From the NCBI GenBank assembly GCA_963817245.1, contig CAWFNQ010000005.1, positions 7,890 through 71,889 of the forward strand: 64,000 bases of DNA, written 5' to 3'. The notes below the pieces were generated by a model. It saw nothing but the letters and a program-made list of their open reading frames with translations, did not search any database and was not told the DNA's origin. Source of the stretch: an uncultured Chloroflexia bacterium. Lineage in GTDB: Bacteria; Chloroflexota; Limnocylindria; Limnocylindrales; CSP1-4. A program made the position numbers and the translations under genes. Below are positions 1 through 10,508 of the stretch, in pieces; the stretch's first letter is position 1; each line of letters starts with the position of its first letter.

Positions 1-1332
1 GGTCTCCGGCTCGCCGGAGACGAGAAGGTGTTCCCCGTCCCTCGATTGGCGGCCGCCGAGTCGAACAGATGGCCGTCCCAATCCTGCAGCCAGGCCAGGA
101 GGAACCCGCTGCCGCCGTCGATGACCGTGTTGCTGTCCACCGTGACGTCGTGGACCGCATCGCCGTACCCCCGGCCGCGTGCCTGGCTGATGACCGAGAT
201 CCCGTCGGCGTTCCGGGCGACCGTATTGCCCACGACCTCGGTCGCAGTCGACGAACTGATAAGGATCCCAGCACCCCAGCCCCATGTCGAGAATCCCCAG
301 CCGTTGTCGTACACGATGTTGTCCCGGATGGTCGCTCCGTCGCTGATCTCGAACAGGATCCCGGACCTCGTGTTGTGTCCGACGCGGTTGCCTTCGATCG
401 TGACATCCCGGCAGTTGATGTCGCACCAGATCCCGGGGCCATCGTTCCCCTCGACGACGTTCCCCTCGACGACGAGTCCTTCAGCGACGGTCGCTTTCAG
501 AGCTCCGGCCTCCCAACCCGAGTCGAAACCTTCTGTGTTGCTGTCAGTCATCCGATTGTCGATGATCCGCAGGTTCCGAGTCCCATCGCCGCCGGCATGG
601 ACCGCCAGCTGGCCGCCCCTTGAGAGGTCACTGTCGCGAAGCTCGGCGTCGGCGACGCCCTGAAAGCTCACGAGGGCTCCATGCGCGTCACTCAGGGTGA
701 CATCGGCGATCAGGAGTCGATCACTGCCCGGGAGGACCGACAGTCCGCCTTCCTGCGGTGGCGAGGCTGCGTAGCGCATGGTGAACCCGCGGATCGTCAC
801 GTCGGGTGCCTCGATGGTCATCCACGACGGACGCACCGTCACCTCCATGTGCGCCGTGGAGGGGTCGTCCAGCAAGGACCACCCGCCGCTCTCCGTCGAT
901 GGCGAACTCGCCCGATGCGGGCCGATCTGCGACCTGCAGGAGTGCCACCCCATCACGGAAGACCTGCTCCGGCCAGGCGCATCGGGGCTCGCTGCACTCT
1001 CCGCCTGATCCGAGGTCCGGGACGTGTGCCGCACTCGTCCATCCGTCAGGCGTCTGCCGCCAGTCCGTCCAGACCTCCGAGCCGAGGATCGTCGCGCCGC
1101 CGCCGTCGATCGTCATCGGCTTCCGGACGACCACGGATTTGCGGTAGGTCCCCGGCCGGGCTGTCAGGGTCCCGCCCGATTCGGTCGCGTCGATCTGCGA
1201 TTGCAGCGAGGTCCCGGATGTCGCCGCGTCGGCCTTCCCGGTGAGCGACCCGCTGAGGATGCCGGCGACGACGGCGATGGCGAGGGCGATGGCCAACCGG
1301 GATCGGCTTGATCGGTTCGCGCTCGCAGCCAT
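1..1332 (-). CDS. Secreted right-handed parallel beta-helix repeat protein (3' end outside window; frameshifted)
   Basis: ATG at 1332 with AAGGAG RBS; signal peptide MAASANRSSRSRLAIALAIAVVAGILSG; LQSQIDA..GGTL..PGTYR start of beta-helix; downstream frames give [51 protein letters not shown], paralogous to the next gene. Frameshift near 875 and probably more. Confidence 0.8.
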
Positions 1333-1504
1333 CGACACGTCGCCACTCCTTCGGGGGCGAGGTCGATCGAGTCCCCCTGAAGCGGCAATGCTAGCAGTCA
1401 GGGTACCGGTTGCCCGAAACGGACCCGCTGTGGCCTTCGGCGTCGTGCCCGACCCGCCAGGCGAGCCAGGGTCGGATACGCCGGAGCGCGAGATCGCATC
1501 TCGG

Positions 1505-3837
1505 TCAGTGCGCCGCCTGGCTCGTCGGGATGCCGGCCGATGTGAGCACCCCATCGCGCTCGGTGATCGACATGTAGCGGCCGCCTTCCTCGCCCGGTGT
1601 GCCGTTGAACGACGCCAGGGTGGAGTAGCCGCCGCTCCAGTCGAACCGATTGCTCGGCTCGTTCTGACCGTCCCAATAGCGGTTGGCCGATCCGCGGTTA
1701 CCCGAGCTGTACAGCGGGCCGGACCAGTCCGGAGATAAGCCAGCAGGAACTTGTCGCTGCCATCGGACCCGGCAGGCGCCAGGACGATGGCGTTGTCGTG
1801 GACGTTGTTCCCACCGACGGCGTGTCCTCGGTTCTGGCTGACGACGGAGATCCCGTCGGCATTCCATGCCACGGTGTTGTTGCGAACCTCGACGTTCGAT
1901 GAGCTGCTGACAAGGATTCCAGCGCCCCAACCCCAGCCGGGGAACCCCCAACCGTTCTCCCACACGGCGTTGTTCTCGATGACGGCACCGTCGCTGATCT
2001 CGAAGAAGATGCCACTCTCGGTATTGTCATGGACCCTATTCCCGCGGAAGGTCACGTTGTTGCAGGACACGTCACACCAGAGGCCCGGCCGAGGTTCCCA
2101 TAGACCTCGTTGTTCTCAAACAGCAGGCCGTCGACCACGGTGGCCTTGCCGGCCCCGGCCTCCCACCCGGATCGAACTTCTTGTTCGCGTTGTTGTCATG
2201 GATCCGGTTTCCGCTGAAGATCGAATTCGTCGTCTCGGTCACGGCGAAGCCCTCCTCTTCACAATACGCCAGCTCGCTGTTGGGGACGAGATGGTTCGAT
2301 CCACCAGCGATGCTGATGCAGGCTCCGGCAGCATACGTCACGGTCGCGTTCCGAAGGTGAACCGGCTCGCATTGCGCACGCGGATCGCGCCGTCCTGGGC
2401 CGGGTTGGTCGTGCGCGTGAGGTCAGGCCGTCGATCGTGACATCGGATGCCCGACCACGATCCCGTAGTTTCGCGTGTTCTCCCCATCGATCGTCGCAGG
2501 ACCTCGAACGGTCAACGGCTTGTTGACGGTCACCGTCTCACGGTATGTGCAGGCGCCGACGACGACGGTGCCGCCGGCCGGGGCCGCGTTGACCAGCGAC
2601 TGGAGCGACGTGCTGCACGCAGGCGTCGTCGCAGGTGTCGGCACGGGCGTCGGCACCGGCGTGGGCATGGGCGTCGGCACCGGCGTCGGCGTTGGTGTGG
2701 GCATGGGCGTTGGCGTCGGCGTGGGCACGGGCGTCGGGACGGGCGTGGGCACCGGCGTGGGCACGGGTGTCGGCAGGCGTCGGCACCGGCGTGGGCACGG
2801 GCGTGGCACAGGCGTCGGCACCGGCGTCGGCACGGGCGTCGGCACAGGCGTCGGCACGGCGTGGGCAGGCGTCGGCACGGGCGTCGGGCACCGGCGTCGG
2901 GACGGGTGTCGGCACGGGCGTGGGCGCGGGCGTCGGCACGGGCGTGGGCACGGGTGTCGGCACCGGCGTCGGCGTTGGTCTGGTCGTCGGCGTCGGGGTC
3001 GGCGTCGGAGTCGGCGTCGGGTCGGCGTGGCGTGCCGGCGTCGGAGTCGGCGTGTCGGCCGGTGTCGCCGCGGGCGTCGCGACGGGCGTCGGGCTGGCGT
3101 CGGGCGGCGTCGGCTCCGGCGTCGCTTCCGGCGTCGCCTTCGGCGTCGGCTCCGGTGTGGGCTCCGGGGTCGCCGGCGTCGCCTTCGGGCGTGGGACCGG
3201 TGCGGTCGTCTTCGGGTCGGGTTCGACGGGTTGCGGCGCGTCGGTCCGCCTTCGCGGAACCCCGAACCACGAGGGCATCCACCGCGACGGTGGGGTGGCC
3301 TGCGGTCCCGAGGACCTTGATCGCGATCTCGTGGTCACCGACCTTGCGGAAGGTCGTCTCGAAGAGGATCCGGCCGGGCCGGAACGACGAGGCGTGGGTA
3401 TCGACCGTCTTGACGCGCACGCCATCGACGTACACGAAGGCCTTGCCGCGTGTCGGGCCGACCGGACCGACCCAGGTCACCGCGCGAGCCCTTGAACTTC
3501 AGGCGGACGACGGAGCCGCGTTCATCGGACGAGCGTGCATGACCCCCGAGGTAGGCGCGATAGTCGGCCCGGTACCAGGTGCCACGCCAGCGGAGCTTGG
3601 CGTTCGATCTCCTGCACGACCTCGGTGTGATGGTTCGCCGACCAATGGCGGACGAGATGGCGTACCCTGGCGAGCGAGGATGCTGACGTGGATGCGAACG
3701 GGACGAGGATCGCGAGCAGCGCGATGGCCATGATCCCGGTGGCGAGCCAGTCGCGGATCCTTCCGATCCGACCCGAGCGTTCGACCGACGGCTTGCTGCT
3801 CGGCGTCGTTGATCCAGCGGGATCCATCCCAAAACAT
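1505..3837 (-). CDS. Secreted/membrane-anchored protein: N-terminal beta-sandwich domain, long Pro/Thr linker, C-terminal right-handed beta-helix (multiple frameshifts)
   Basis: Start MFWDGSRW (ATG 3837, GGAG RBS), TM segment [18 protein letters not shown], domain [28 protein letters not shown], (PTPV)n linker, then [25 protein letters not shown] and NRVHDN/GIFFEIS/NNAVWEN repeats; stop at 1505. Reconstructed across several ORF-track fragments. Confidence 0.75.
2633..3025. repeat. Imperfect 12-bp tandem repeat (GGCGTCGGCACG-like) encoding the PTPV linker
   Basis: More than 20 near-identical units ggcgt(c/g)ggcac(g/c) visible directly; they translate as PTPV/PTPT on the minus strand. Confidence 0.9.
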
Positions 3838-3847
3838 CGATGGTCTC

Positions 3848-3930
3848 TCCATTCGGCAACCCGGCTGGCTCCGTGGAGCCCCGTGGCTTTGCGGCCCCGC
3901 CTCGCGACGGGTGTGCTATTTCGTGGATCG
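3848..3930 (-). ncRNA. GEMM-I (c-di-GMP-I class) riboswitch, A20-type variant
   Basis: Minus strand reads CGAUCCACGAAAUA-GCACA-CCCGUC-GCGA-GGCGGG-GCC-GCAAAGCC-ACGG-GGCUCCACGGAGCC-AGCCGGGUUGCCGAAUGGAG: P2 with GNRA tetraloop, GCAAAGC junction, P3 with receptor, and GGGUUGCCGA 3' end. Lies directly 5' of the RBS/ATG at 3837. Confidence 0.85.
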
Positions 3931-4161
3931 ACCACGCGATCAGGTCGATGCAGGAGGCCGCCTCATCTCCCCCTCGAGGCGGCGACCGTCAGTGTCTCCC
4001 AGGGTCGCCAGTGGGAATGGCGCGATGGTCCGGAACGTCTCTGAGCGCGCTAGCCGGATGGTCCGGCGCGTGCGCGCACCACCTCGGAGCAGATCGGGAC
4101 TCCCCGAGGCGGGTTCCGGCCGGTGATCCGGGTCCTACCTCGAGCGACACCGCAGCCGGGG

Positions 4162-5340
4162 TCACATCCGAACGCCGACCTCGCGATACAGGGACTCGAG
4201 CTGCGTCCAGAGCCGTTCGATGTCGAACGGCTCGGTCCGCCACCTGCAGGGCGCATCCATCCGTCAGGGCCTCTGCCGGCAGTCGCAGCAGGCGTTCGAT
4301 CGCCCCGGCGGTCGCGGCTGGATCGTCGAAGTCCACGATAAGGTCGGCGAAGTCCGCGTCCGAGCAAGGCGCGATGCGCGGCGATATCGCTGGCCAGTAC
4401 CGGCACGCCCGCCGCCATCGCCTCCAACAGCGCCAGGCCGAAGCCTTCGGCACGGCTCGGGAAGATCGCCAGGGAGGCCGACTGAGAGGAGGTGCCAGTC
4501 TGTTCGTCATCGCAGTATTCGCCGAGGAACGTGACGCGCGACCCGAGCCCGGTACCGGCGACGAGTCGATCGAGGCGTTCGCGTTCGCTCGGCCTCCTCT
4601 GTTCCGCTGATCTCCAACGTCCAATCCAGTGACCGATGCCACGCGCAACGGTCGCCAGCGCGAGCAGCAGGCGGTCGATGCCCTTTCGTTCGGCGACGCG
4701 GCCGAAGACCAGGACCGTCCGGAAGCGGGTCGGCGGATCGACGATACGGTAGTTCTGCAGATCGACCGCATTCAGCAAGCGTCCGCGTCCGCGGCGCGAG
4801 GCTGGGGACGTCGCGGAGCAACATCTCGCGGTCGTGTTCGCTGCTGGCGACCATCTCGGCTCGACCCAGGCGCAGCATCGGCCCGTAGTACCAGCGCATC
4901 AGCCACGCTCTTAAGCCGCGAGGCGAACGAGGTATGCAGGAGCAGGCCATGCGTATGGAAGATCAGCGGCCGATCCGTCGCACGCGCCGAGAGACACGTG
5001 AACCCGACCATGAACCGTAGGTCGTGCAGGTGGACGACGTCGGCGCGCCGGATCTCCCGAGCGAGCCGATCCGGTCGCAGGCAGAGTCCGAAGCGCTGAT
5101 TCCCAAACCCAGGGAGCCGGAGCACCCGGATCCCAGCGACGACGTCATGTTCGGGGAGGCGACCCTCGCGAACACCCAGGACGTCGCGATCGAGGGTGAC
5201 GACCGAGACCGGGAGATCCGATCGAACCTGTGCGGCGCCAGGTCGAGGACATACCGCTCGATGCCGCCCACCATCGGCGCGAACCGTCGGGCGACATGGA
5301 CGATGCGTGGGTGCGCGCGCGCAGGCCGACGTTCATCCAC
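4162..5340 (-). CDS. Glycosyltransferase family 4 (frameshifted)
   Basis: RIVHVARRFAPMVGGIERYVLDLA; ADVVHLHD; FHTHG; FGRVAERKGIDRLL; FPSRAEGFGLALLEAMAAGVPVLASDI; C-terminus LESLYREVGVRM* at 4162. Confidence 0.85.
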
Positions 5341-5374
5341 GGGACGCGAACCTCGGCCCTCGGTCCATATCCGA

Positions 5375-6115
5375 TCAGGGCGCGGGCGAGACGGCCGAGC
5401 TGGAGCTTGGGGATGGCGACGGCCCCTCGACCGGCGTCGGTACCCCGGCGGCGAGCGCCAGTTCGCCCATGAGCCGCTCAAGCGGGTCGAGCGTCCGCAC
5501 GACGTCTGATGCCCCCAACCGGTACGCGGCAACATCCCGGACGGTCGTTGCGAGGGTCCCCACGCTGCTGGAGAGCGCCGTCTGGTGGATCGCCTGCAGT
5601 TCGGCCACGACCGGAACTGGTGCGGGCAGTGCCTCGAGGTCCGCAAGGCGGCCCGACGCCACCCCGATGGCCGCGTTCATGGTCCGGAGCAGGCGTGCCA
5701 GTTCATCGGCCTGCTTCGGCTTGCGATCGACCTCCTGCCGCAGGGCCTCCCGCCATTCGAGAACGCGCACGTCTGCTTCGAGCACCAGTCGCGCCGAACT
5801 CGCCCAAGCGACCGGTGAGGAGGCCGCGGTCGTCGATGGCGAAGACGGAGAAGCTGGCGGTCGTGCTTTGGGTGAGGCCGTTGCTGGTGCTCCGGAGAGA
5901 CCGCTTGGTGTCGAGGAAGGTGCCTGGGACGGGGCGCCGAGCGCTGCCGTCGAAGACCCCGGTCCGTTGGCGCCGCCGTCCGATCTCGAGCTGGCGAGGT
6001 TCGCGAAAAGGCCACCGGCCACGAGCGCGGCGATCAGGATGACCGCGACCAATTCCGGGCCGAGCGTTGCCGCGAGGCGGTGCTGCAGGGTCCGCGCTCG
6101 CGGGGCTTCGGTCAC
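5375..6115 (-). CDS. Hypothetical membrane-anchored protein (N-terminal TM, Ser/Pro linker, helical domain)
   Basis: 246-aa ORF with TM LVAVILIAALVAGGLFA; start overlaps the upstream stop (operon-like). Confidence 0.65.
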   Translation of the reverse strand: MTEAPRARTLQHRLAATLGPELVAVILIAALVAGGLFANLASSRSDGGANGPGSSTAALGAPSQAPSSTPSGLSGAPATASPKARPPASPSSPSTTAASSPVAWASSARLVLEADVRVLEWREALRQEVDRKPKQADELARLLRTMNAAIGVASGRLADLEALPAPVPVVAELQAIHQTALSSSVGTLATTVRDVAAYRLGASDVVRTLDPLERLMGELALAAGVPTPVEGPSPSPSSSSAVSPAP

Positions 6116-7057
6116 GATGTGTGGCCGTCGGTTGCGGCCCGCATGAGCGCGGCCGCCGCCGCCGATGCATCGCCGTCAACGGACATGAACACGAGGACGA
6201 TGCCGCCACGGGGCCCGGGCGCGGACAGGATGAAGCGATCGTCCGGTGAGGCCGCATCGATACCAGCCAATGGACGCTCGAACACGACCGGCCGTGTCCC
6301 GCGCACCGCAGGGCCCATGATCTTGAGCTGCTCCGTGTCGTGACAGATGGAGTACCGCATCCCGGGCGTGAGTCCGACGGTCCCCGTCACGTAGACCGCT
6401 GACGCGATAGTGGCCACCGAGCTCAGCGCCGCCGGCTCCTTCGCCGCCGGCTTCGAGCGTGGTGCACGCCGCGACCGTGCCTTGCCTGGATCTCCAGGGC
6501 TCTTCGTGTTCGGAGTCGCGACCGTCGACGTTCGCGTCCCCGTGACGCCATTCGTCGAGTCGTGGCCACCCGGCGCCGGAACGTCGGGCAGCGTGTCGAC
6601 GATCGAAATCACCAGCCGCCGTGGCGTCCAGGCTGGTGGACGGGCGCGATACATCGGGCGTCACGACCGGGTCGTTGACGGGTCCTCGGTCGATCGTGGG
6701 TCGAACCGTCGGCGCTACGGAGATCAACATCCCTGCGGACGACATCGACCTCGTCGTGATGGCCGATGCCTGGACCGGTCGTCGTCGGCCGTCCGCGGGC
6801 GAGCGAGCGGCGGGCCGCCCGGTCACGTTCCCGCCACACCACTCGCACGTCGTCGTCCAGCCGCGCACCGGCGCTCGACAGGCGGCGCAGCGCCCGGGAG
6901 GCGAGAACAGGAGAAGGACCAGCGCCATCGGTCCGAGGATGGCACCGAAGAGCGCCCAGACCGGTATCGAGCGGTCCCGCCGATGGGCATACCAGCCTGA
7001 CACGACTGAGAAGCCGACCGCCCAGGCGAGAGCCGCCAGGGCGAAGATCGGATCGAT
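6112..7057 (-). CDS. Hypothetical membrane protein with zinc-ribbon (CxxC...CxxC); frameshifted
   Basis: GGAGG RBS then IDPIFALAALAWAVGFSVVSGWYAHRRDRSIPVWALFGAILGPMALVLLLF..CAACRAPVRGWTTTCEWCG; C-terminal domain in ORF 6112..6654. Start codon uncertain. Confidence 0.55.
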
Positions 7058-7392
7058 CGTTGGCCTCCGTTTCTCGTGTATCCAATGGGATGGAGGGAGC
7101 CCCGGGTCGAGCGGCCCCATACGGTAGCGGACTGCCGACGGACCGGCGACCCGAGGACCCTTCGAAATCGTGATCCCAACGACGGATGCGACCCGGAACG
7201 TGGTCCGATCGACGCCCCTGGCTCGCGACCTGCACTCCTGACGCATGCTCCGGGCGATAAGCGAACGACGCCTGGATGCTCGTGACGGATGTCTTACGCG
7301 GCCAGGATCCGGTTGGTCGCGTCGGCTCGCACGCTGAACGCGGGCATTCTAGGCCCAGGTGGCGCCGTGGGCGTTGCGTGCTGTCAACACGT

Positions 7393-8124
7393 TCAGTCGA
7401 GGCTGGCGCCCGGCTCGAGGTCGTGGACGGTCACGTGCGTGAGTTCGCGCACGGCCAGCGCCGAGAGCAACTCCTCCGGCGTCCCGGCCAGGATCGGGAA
7501 GGTCCCGTAGTGGATCGGGATGACGTGGTCGACGCCGAGGAACTCGACCGCGAGGGCCGCCTCGCGCGGGCCCATGGTGTAGTGACCGCCGATCGGGAGC
7601 AAGGCGATGTCCGGCCGATACAGCTCCCCGATGAGGCGCATGTCCCCGAACACCGCGGTGTCGCCCGCGTGATAGAAGCGGAAGCCGTTCTCGAGCTCGA
7701 CGACGAAGCCCGTCGGCTCGCCGAGGTACAGGGGCACCTCACCGGGCGCGTTCCAGTCGCCCGAGGAGTGGTCGGCGCCGGTCATCGTGATCTTGATGTC
7801 GCCGACCGCGACCGTGCCGCCCTTGTTCATGCCGATGACCGCCTCGCCGCCACCGGCCAGCCGGCGTGACAGCCACAGGCTCATCTCGTGGATGCACGGC
7901 CACGCCGGCCTGAGCCGGCTCCCGATGGCGACCGCCTCACCCATGTGGTCGCCGTGCCCGTGGGTCACGAGGAGGATGTCGCAGCGGTCGACCGCATCGG
8001 CCGACTTGGGTGACTGCGGGTTCCCGAACCACGGATCGATGAGGATCACCTTGCCGCCCGGCGTCCGAACCTCGACGCAGGCATGCCCATACCAGGTGAA
8101 CGTGGTGTCCCGACCGAGTCCCAT
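7393..8124 (-). CDS. Metallo-beta-lactamase-fold metal-dependent hydrolase (UPF0173-like)
   Basis: TWYGHACV..ILIDPW..LVTHGHGDHMG..ADHSS..FYHAGDT..ALLPIGGHYTM..VIPIHYGTF; GGAGG RBS. Confidence 0.92.
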   Translation of the reverse strand: MGLGRDTTFTWYGHACVEVRTPGGKVILIDPWFGNPQSPKSADAVDRCDILLVTHGHGDHMGEAVAIGSRLRPAWPCIHEMSLWLSRRLAGGGEAVIGMNKGGTVAVGDIKITMTGADHSSGDWNAPGEVPLYLGEPTGFVVELENGFRFYHAGDTAVFGDMRLIGELYRPDIALLPIGGHYTMGPREAALAVEFLGVDHVIPIHYGTFPILAGTPEELLSALAVRELTHVTVHDLEPGASLD

Positions 8125-8193
8125 GCTGTCTACCTCCAGTGCCGACCGACCTCCTGTGCCGACGATGCTAGCGACGCGGCTACACTCGCGTGC

Positions 8194-9034
8194 GTGCCCG
8201 CAACGCAGATCGGCCAGAACCTCGCCTTCATCAACTGGACCGTGCTGACCGGCCTGGCGCTCGGGACCTACGTGGCGGTGGTTCTGCTCCGCGAACGGAC
8301 GACGGCCACGAGCGGCTATCTCGCCTTCACCACGGCCTGCGCCGTCGGGTTCGGCGTTCTCGCGTTCGTCTCCGACGGTGCGCTGCCGACCTCGCTGGGC
8401 GACTCGCCGGTCGTCGTCGACCCGGCCTGGGACCAGCCGCGCCGGATGGCCCTCGCCGCGTTCATCGCGTTCGTCTCGGCAGCCCTCCTGCTGCGGCGCG
8501 TCCATCTGGGGGTGGCGACCGCGTGCGCCTGGGCCGGCCTGGCCGCCGGCGTCGCCACGCTCGTCTTCGGGGCGCTGGCCTGGGGCGGTGGCGGCATCGG
8601 CAACGCCGCGCTCCTGGTCCAGCTCGCTGTCCTGGCGGCCGCGATCGGCGGGTTCTTCGCGGCGATGATCCTCGGCCACTGGTACCTCGTGACGCCCAAG
8701 CTGCCCGAGGCGCCGCTCGATCCTGCTCACCCGGGTCCTCGTCGCGGTCATGGCGGCCCAGGTCGTGCTCTTTGCCTGGTGGACGGCGACCGGTGCCGGA
8801 CCGGCGGACGTGGCACCCTTCGCGGCCTTGGTCGGGCCGTGGGCGCTCTTCGTCTGGCTGCGCCTGCTCGTCGGTCTCGTCTTCCCGCTCATCGTCTCGG
8901 TCGCGTCCGTGCGGACGGCCCGGACACGATCGATGGAGTCGGCGACGGGGCTCCTGTACATCAACGTCGGGTCGGTCGCGGCCGGCACGATCCTCGCCGC
9001 CGGCCTGTATTTCGGCGCCGGCCTGCTCGTCTGA
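8194..9034 (+). CDS. Polytopic membrane protein with MILGHWYL motif (frameshift near 8720)
   Basis: About 8 hydrophobic segments; AAMILGHWYLVTPKL and MESATGLLY motifs; TACACT -10-like box 7 nt before the GTG. Confidence 0.7.
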
Positions 9035-9058
9035 ACCGGCCGAAGGAAGGAGCACGCG

Positions 9059-9727
9059 TTGGGCAAGGGTGATCGGACCTGGGTCCCCGGACCCACGGAC
9101 CTCGACTGGATCGAGTCGCTCGCCCGGCCCGTGCCGGCGGCGCTGACGGCGATCGAAGCGGCCGCCGAGCCGCTCGGCATCCCCATCGTGGATCGCGACA
9201 CGGGACGCGTCCTGTCGGCGCTCGCCGGCGGACGGCGACGCATCGTCGAGGTCGGGACCGCGTACGGCTACTCGACGCTCTGGATGGCCCTCGGCCAGCC
9301 GGCCGATGGCACCATCGTCACCATCGATCCCGACCACGAACGCACCGACCTGGCCCGCGGTTGGTGGCGCGAGGCGGGCGTGGACGACGACCGGATCATC
9401 GTGGTCACGGCCAAGGCGCTCGAGGCGTTCAGCTCGGACGAACCGGCGCTCGCGGGGCCGTTCGATCTTGCGTTCATCGATGCGCTCAAGCCCGAATACG
9501 GCGCCTACCTCGAGGCGCTCGAGCCACGCCTCGCCCCGAACGCGCTCGTGCTCGCCGACAACGTCCTGTGGAGCGGCCGGACGTCCGGGGCGCGCCCGGT
9601 CGACCCGGACGACCGCAACACGATCGCGCTCCGGCAGTTCTGCGCGGACGTCCTCGGCGATCCCCGGTACACGGGGACGATCCTGCCGCTCGGCGATGGG
9701 TTGCTCGCAGCGACATGGCGGGGCTGA
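9059..9727 (+). CDS. SAM-dependent O-methyltransferase (COMT/YrrM-like)
   Basis: RIVEVGTAYGYSTLWMA; FDLAFIDALKPEY; LADNVLWSG; LPLGDGL. Confidence 0.92.
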   Translation: MGKGDRTWVPGPTDLDWIESLARPVPAALTAIEAAAEPLGIPIVDRDTGRVLSALAGGRRRIVEVGTAYGYSTLWMALGQPADGTIVTIDPDHERTDLARGWWREAGVDDDRIIVVTAKALEAFSSDEPALAGPFDLAFIDALKPEYGAYLEALEPRLAPNALVLADNVLWSGRTSGARPVDPDDRNTIALRQFCADVLGDPRYTGTILPLGDGLLAATWRG

Positions 9728-9731
9728 TCGC

Positions 9732-10508
9732 GTGATCTCCGTGCGCATCCGCCTCTTCGCGGTGCAGCGCGAGCTTGCGGGCACGCGCGAGGTCACGGTC
9801 GACCTGGCGGACGGCGCGACCGTGGAGGATGCATGGGCGGCCCTCGTCGAACGCCATCCCGTCCTGGGACCCGGCCGGCAGTCCGTCCGCTTCGCGCGGA
9901 ACGGCGCCTATGCCGACCCGGCCACGACCCTCGCCGATGGCGACGAGGTGGCCATGATCCCGCCGGTCTCCGGCGGCTCGGGGGTCCGGCTCATCGAGCT
10001 CCGCGAGACGGCGTTCGGCCACGCGATCCTCGGGGAGCTGGCCGAGCGGCTGGCGGACCCGGGCGACGGGGCCGTCGTCGGGTTCATCGGGCGGACGCGG
10101 GCCACGCCCGGGACGCCGGCGCCGGGGCAGGAAGCCGAGGCGGCGCGCCACGTCGGCCGAGCCGTCGAGTCGCTCTCCTACGAGGCCCACGAGACCATGG
10201 CCCTCGACGTCCTGTCGGCTATCGCCGACGAGATCGAGACGCGATTTGGCGTGACCGGGCTGGCCATCGTCCACCGCCTCGGGGACGTGCCCCTTGGGGA
10301 GGCGTCCATCGCCGTCGTCGCGGTCGCTCCCCACCGGGGTGCCGCGTTCGACGCCGCCCGCTTCGCCATCGACGAGACGAAGGCGCGCGTCCCGATCTGG
10401 AAGGCCGAGCGGTTCGCCGACGGTCACGTCTGGATCGGCGCGCCGGCGCGCACCGGCCTCGAGGACGTGGCGCACGACGGGGACGACGATCCGAGGGAGG
10501 GACCATGA
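9732..10508 (+). CDS. moaDE: Fused molybdopterin synthase MoaD-MoaE
   Basis: VRIRLFA..DGDEVAMIPPVSGG (MoaD) continues in frame into GAVVGFIGRTR..LSYEAH..IVHRLG..APHRGAAF..IDETKARVPIWKAE (MoaE). Confidence 0.88.
   Translation: MISVRIRLFAVQRELAGTREVTVDLADGATVEDAWAALVERHPVLGPGRQSVRFARNGAYADPATTLADGDEVAMIPPVSGGSGVRLIELRETAFGHAILGELAERLADPGDGAVVGFIGRTRATPGTPAPGQEAEAARHVGRAVESLSYEAHETMALDVLSAIADEIETRFGVTGLAIVHRLGDVPLGEASIAVVAVAPHRGAAFDAARFAIDETKARVPIWKAERFADGHVWIGAPARTGLEDVAHDGDDDPREGP

Noticed and set aside
2633-3025. CRISPR array
   Set aside because: 12-bp coding tandem repeat with no unique spacers and no cas genes.
7349-7387. Sigma70 promoter TTGACA...TAGAAT on the minus strand
   Set aside because: Spacing is about 30 nt, not 16-18, so the two boxes cannot be one canonical promoter.
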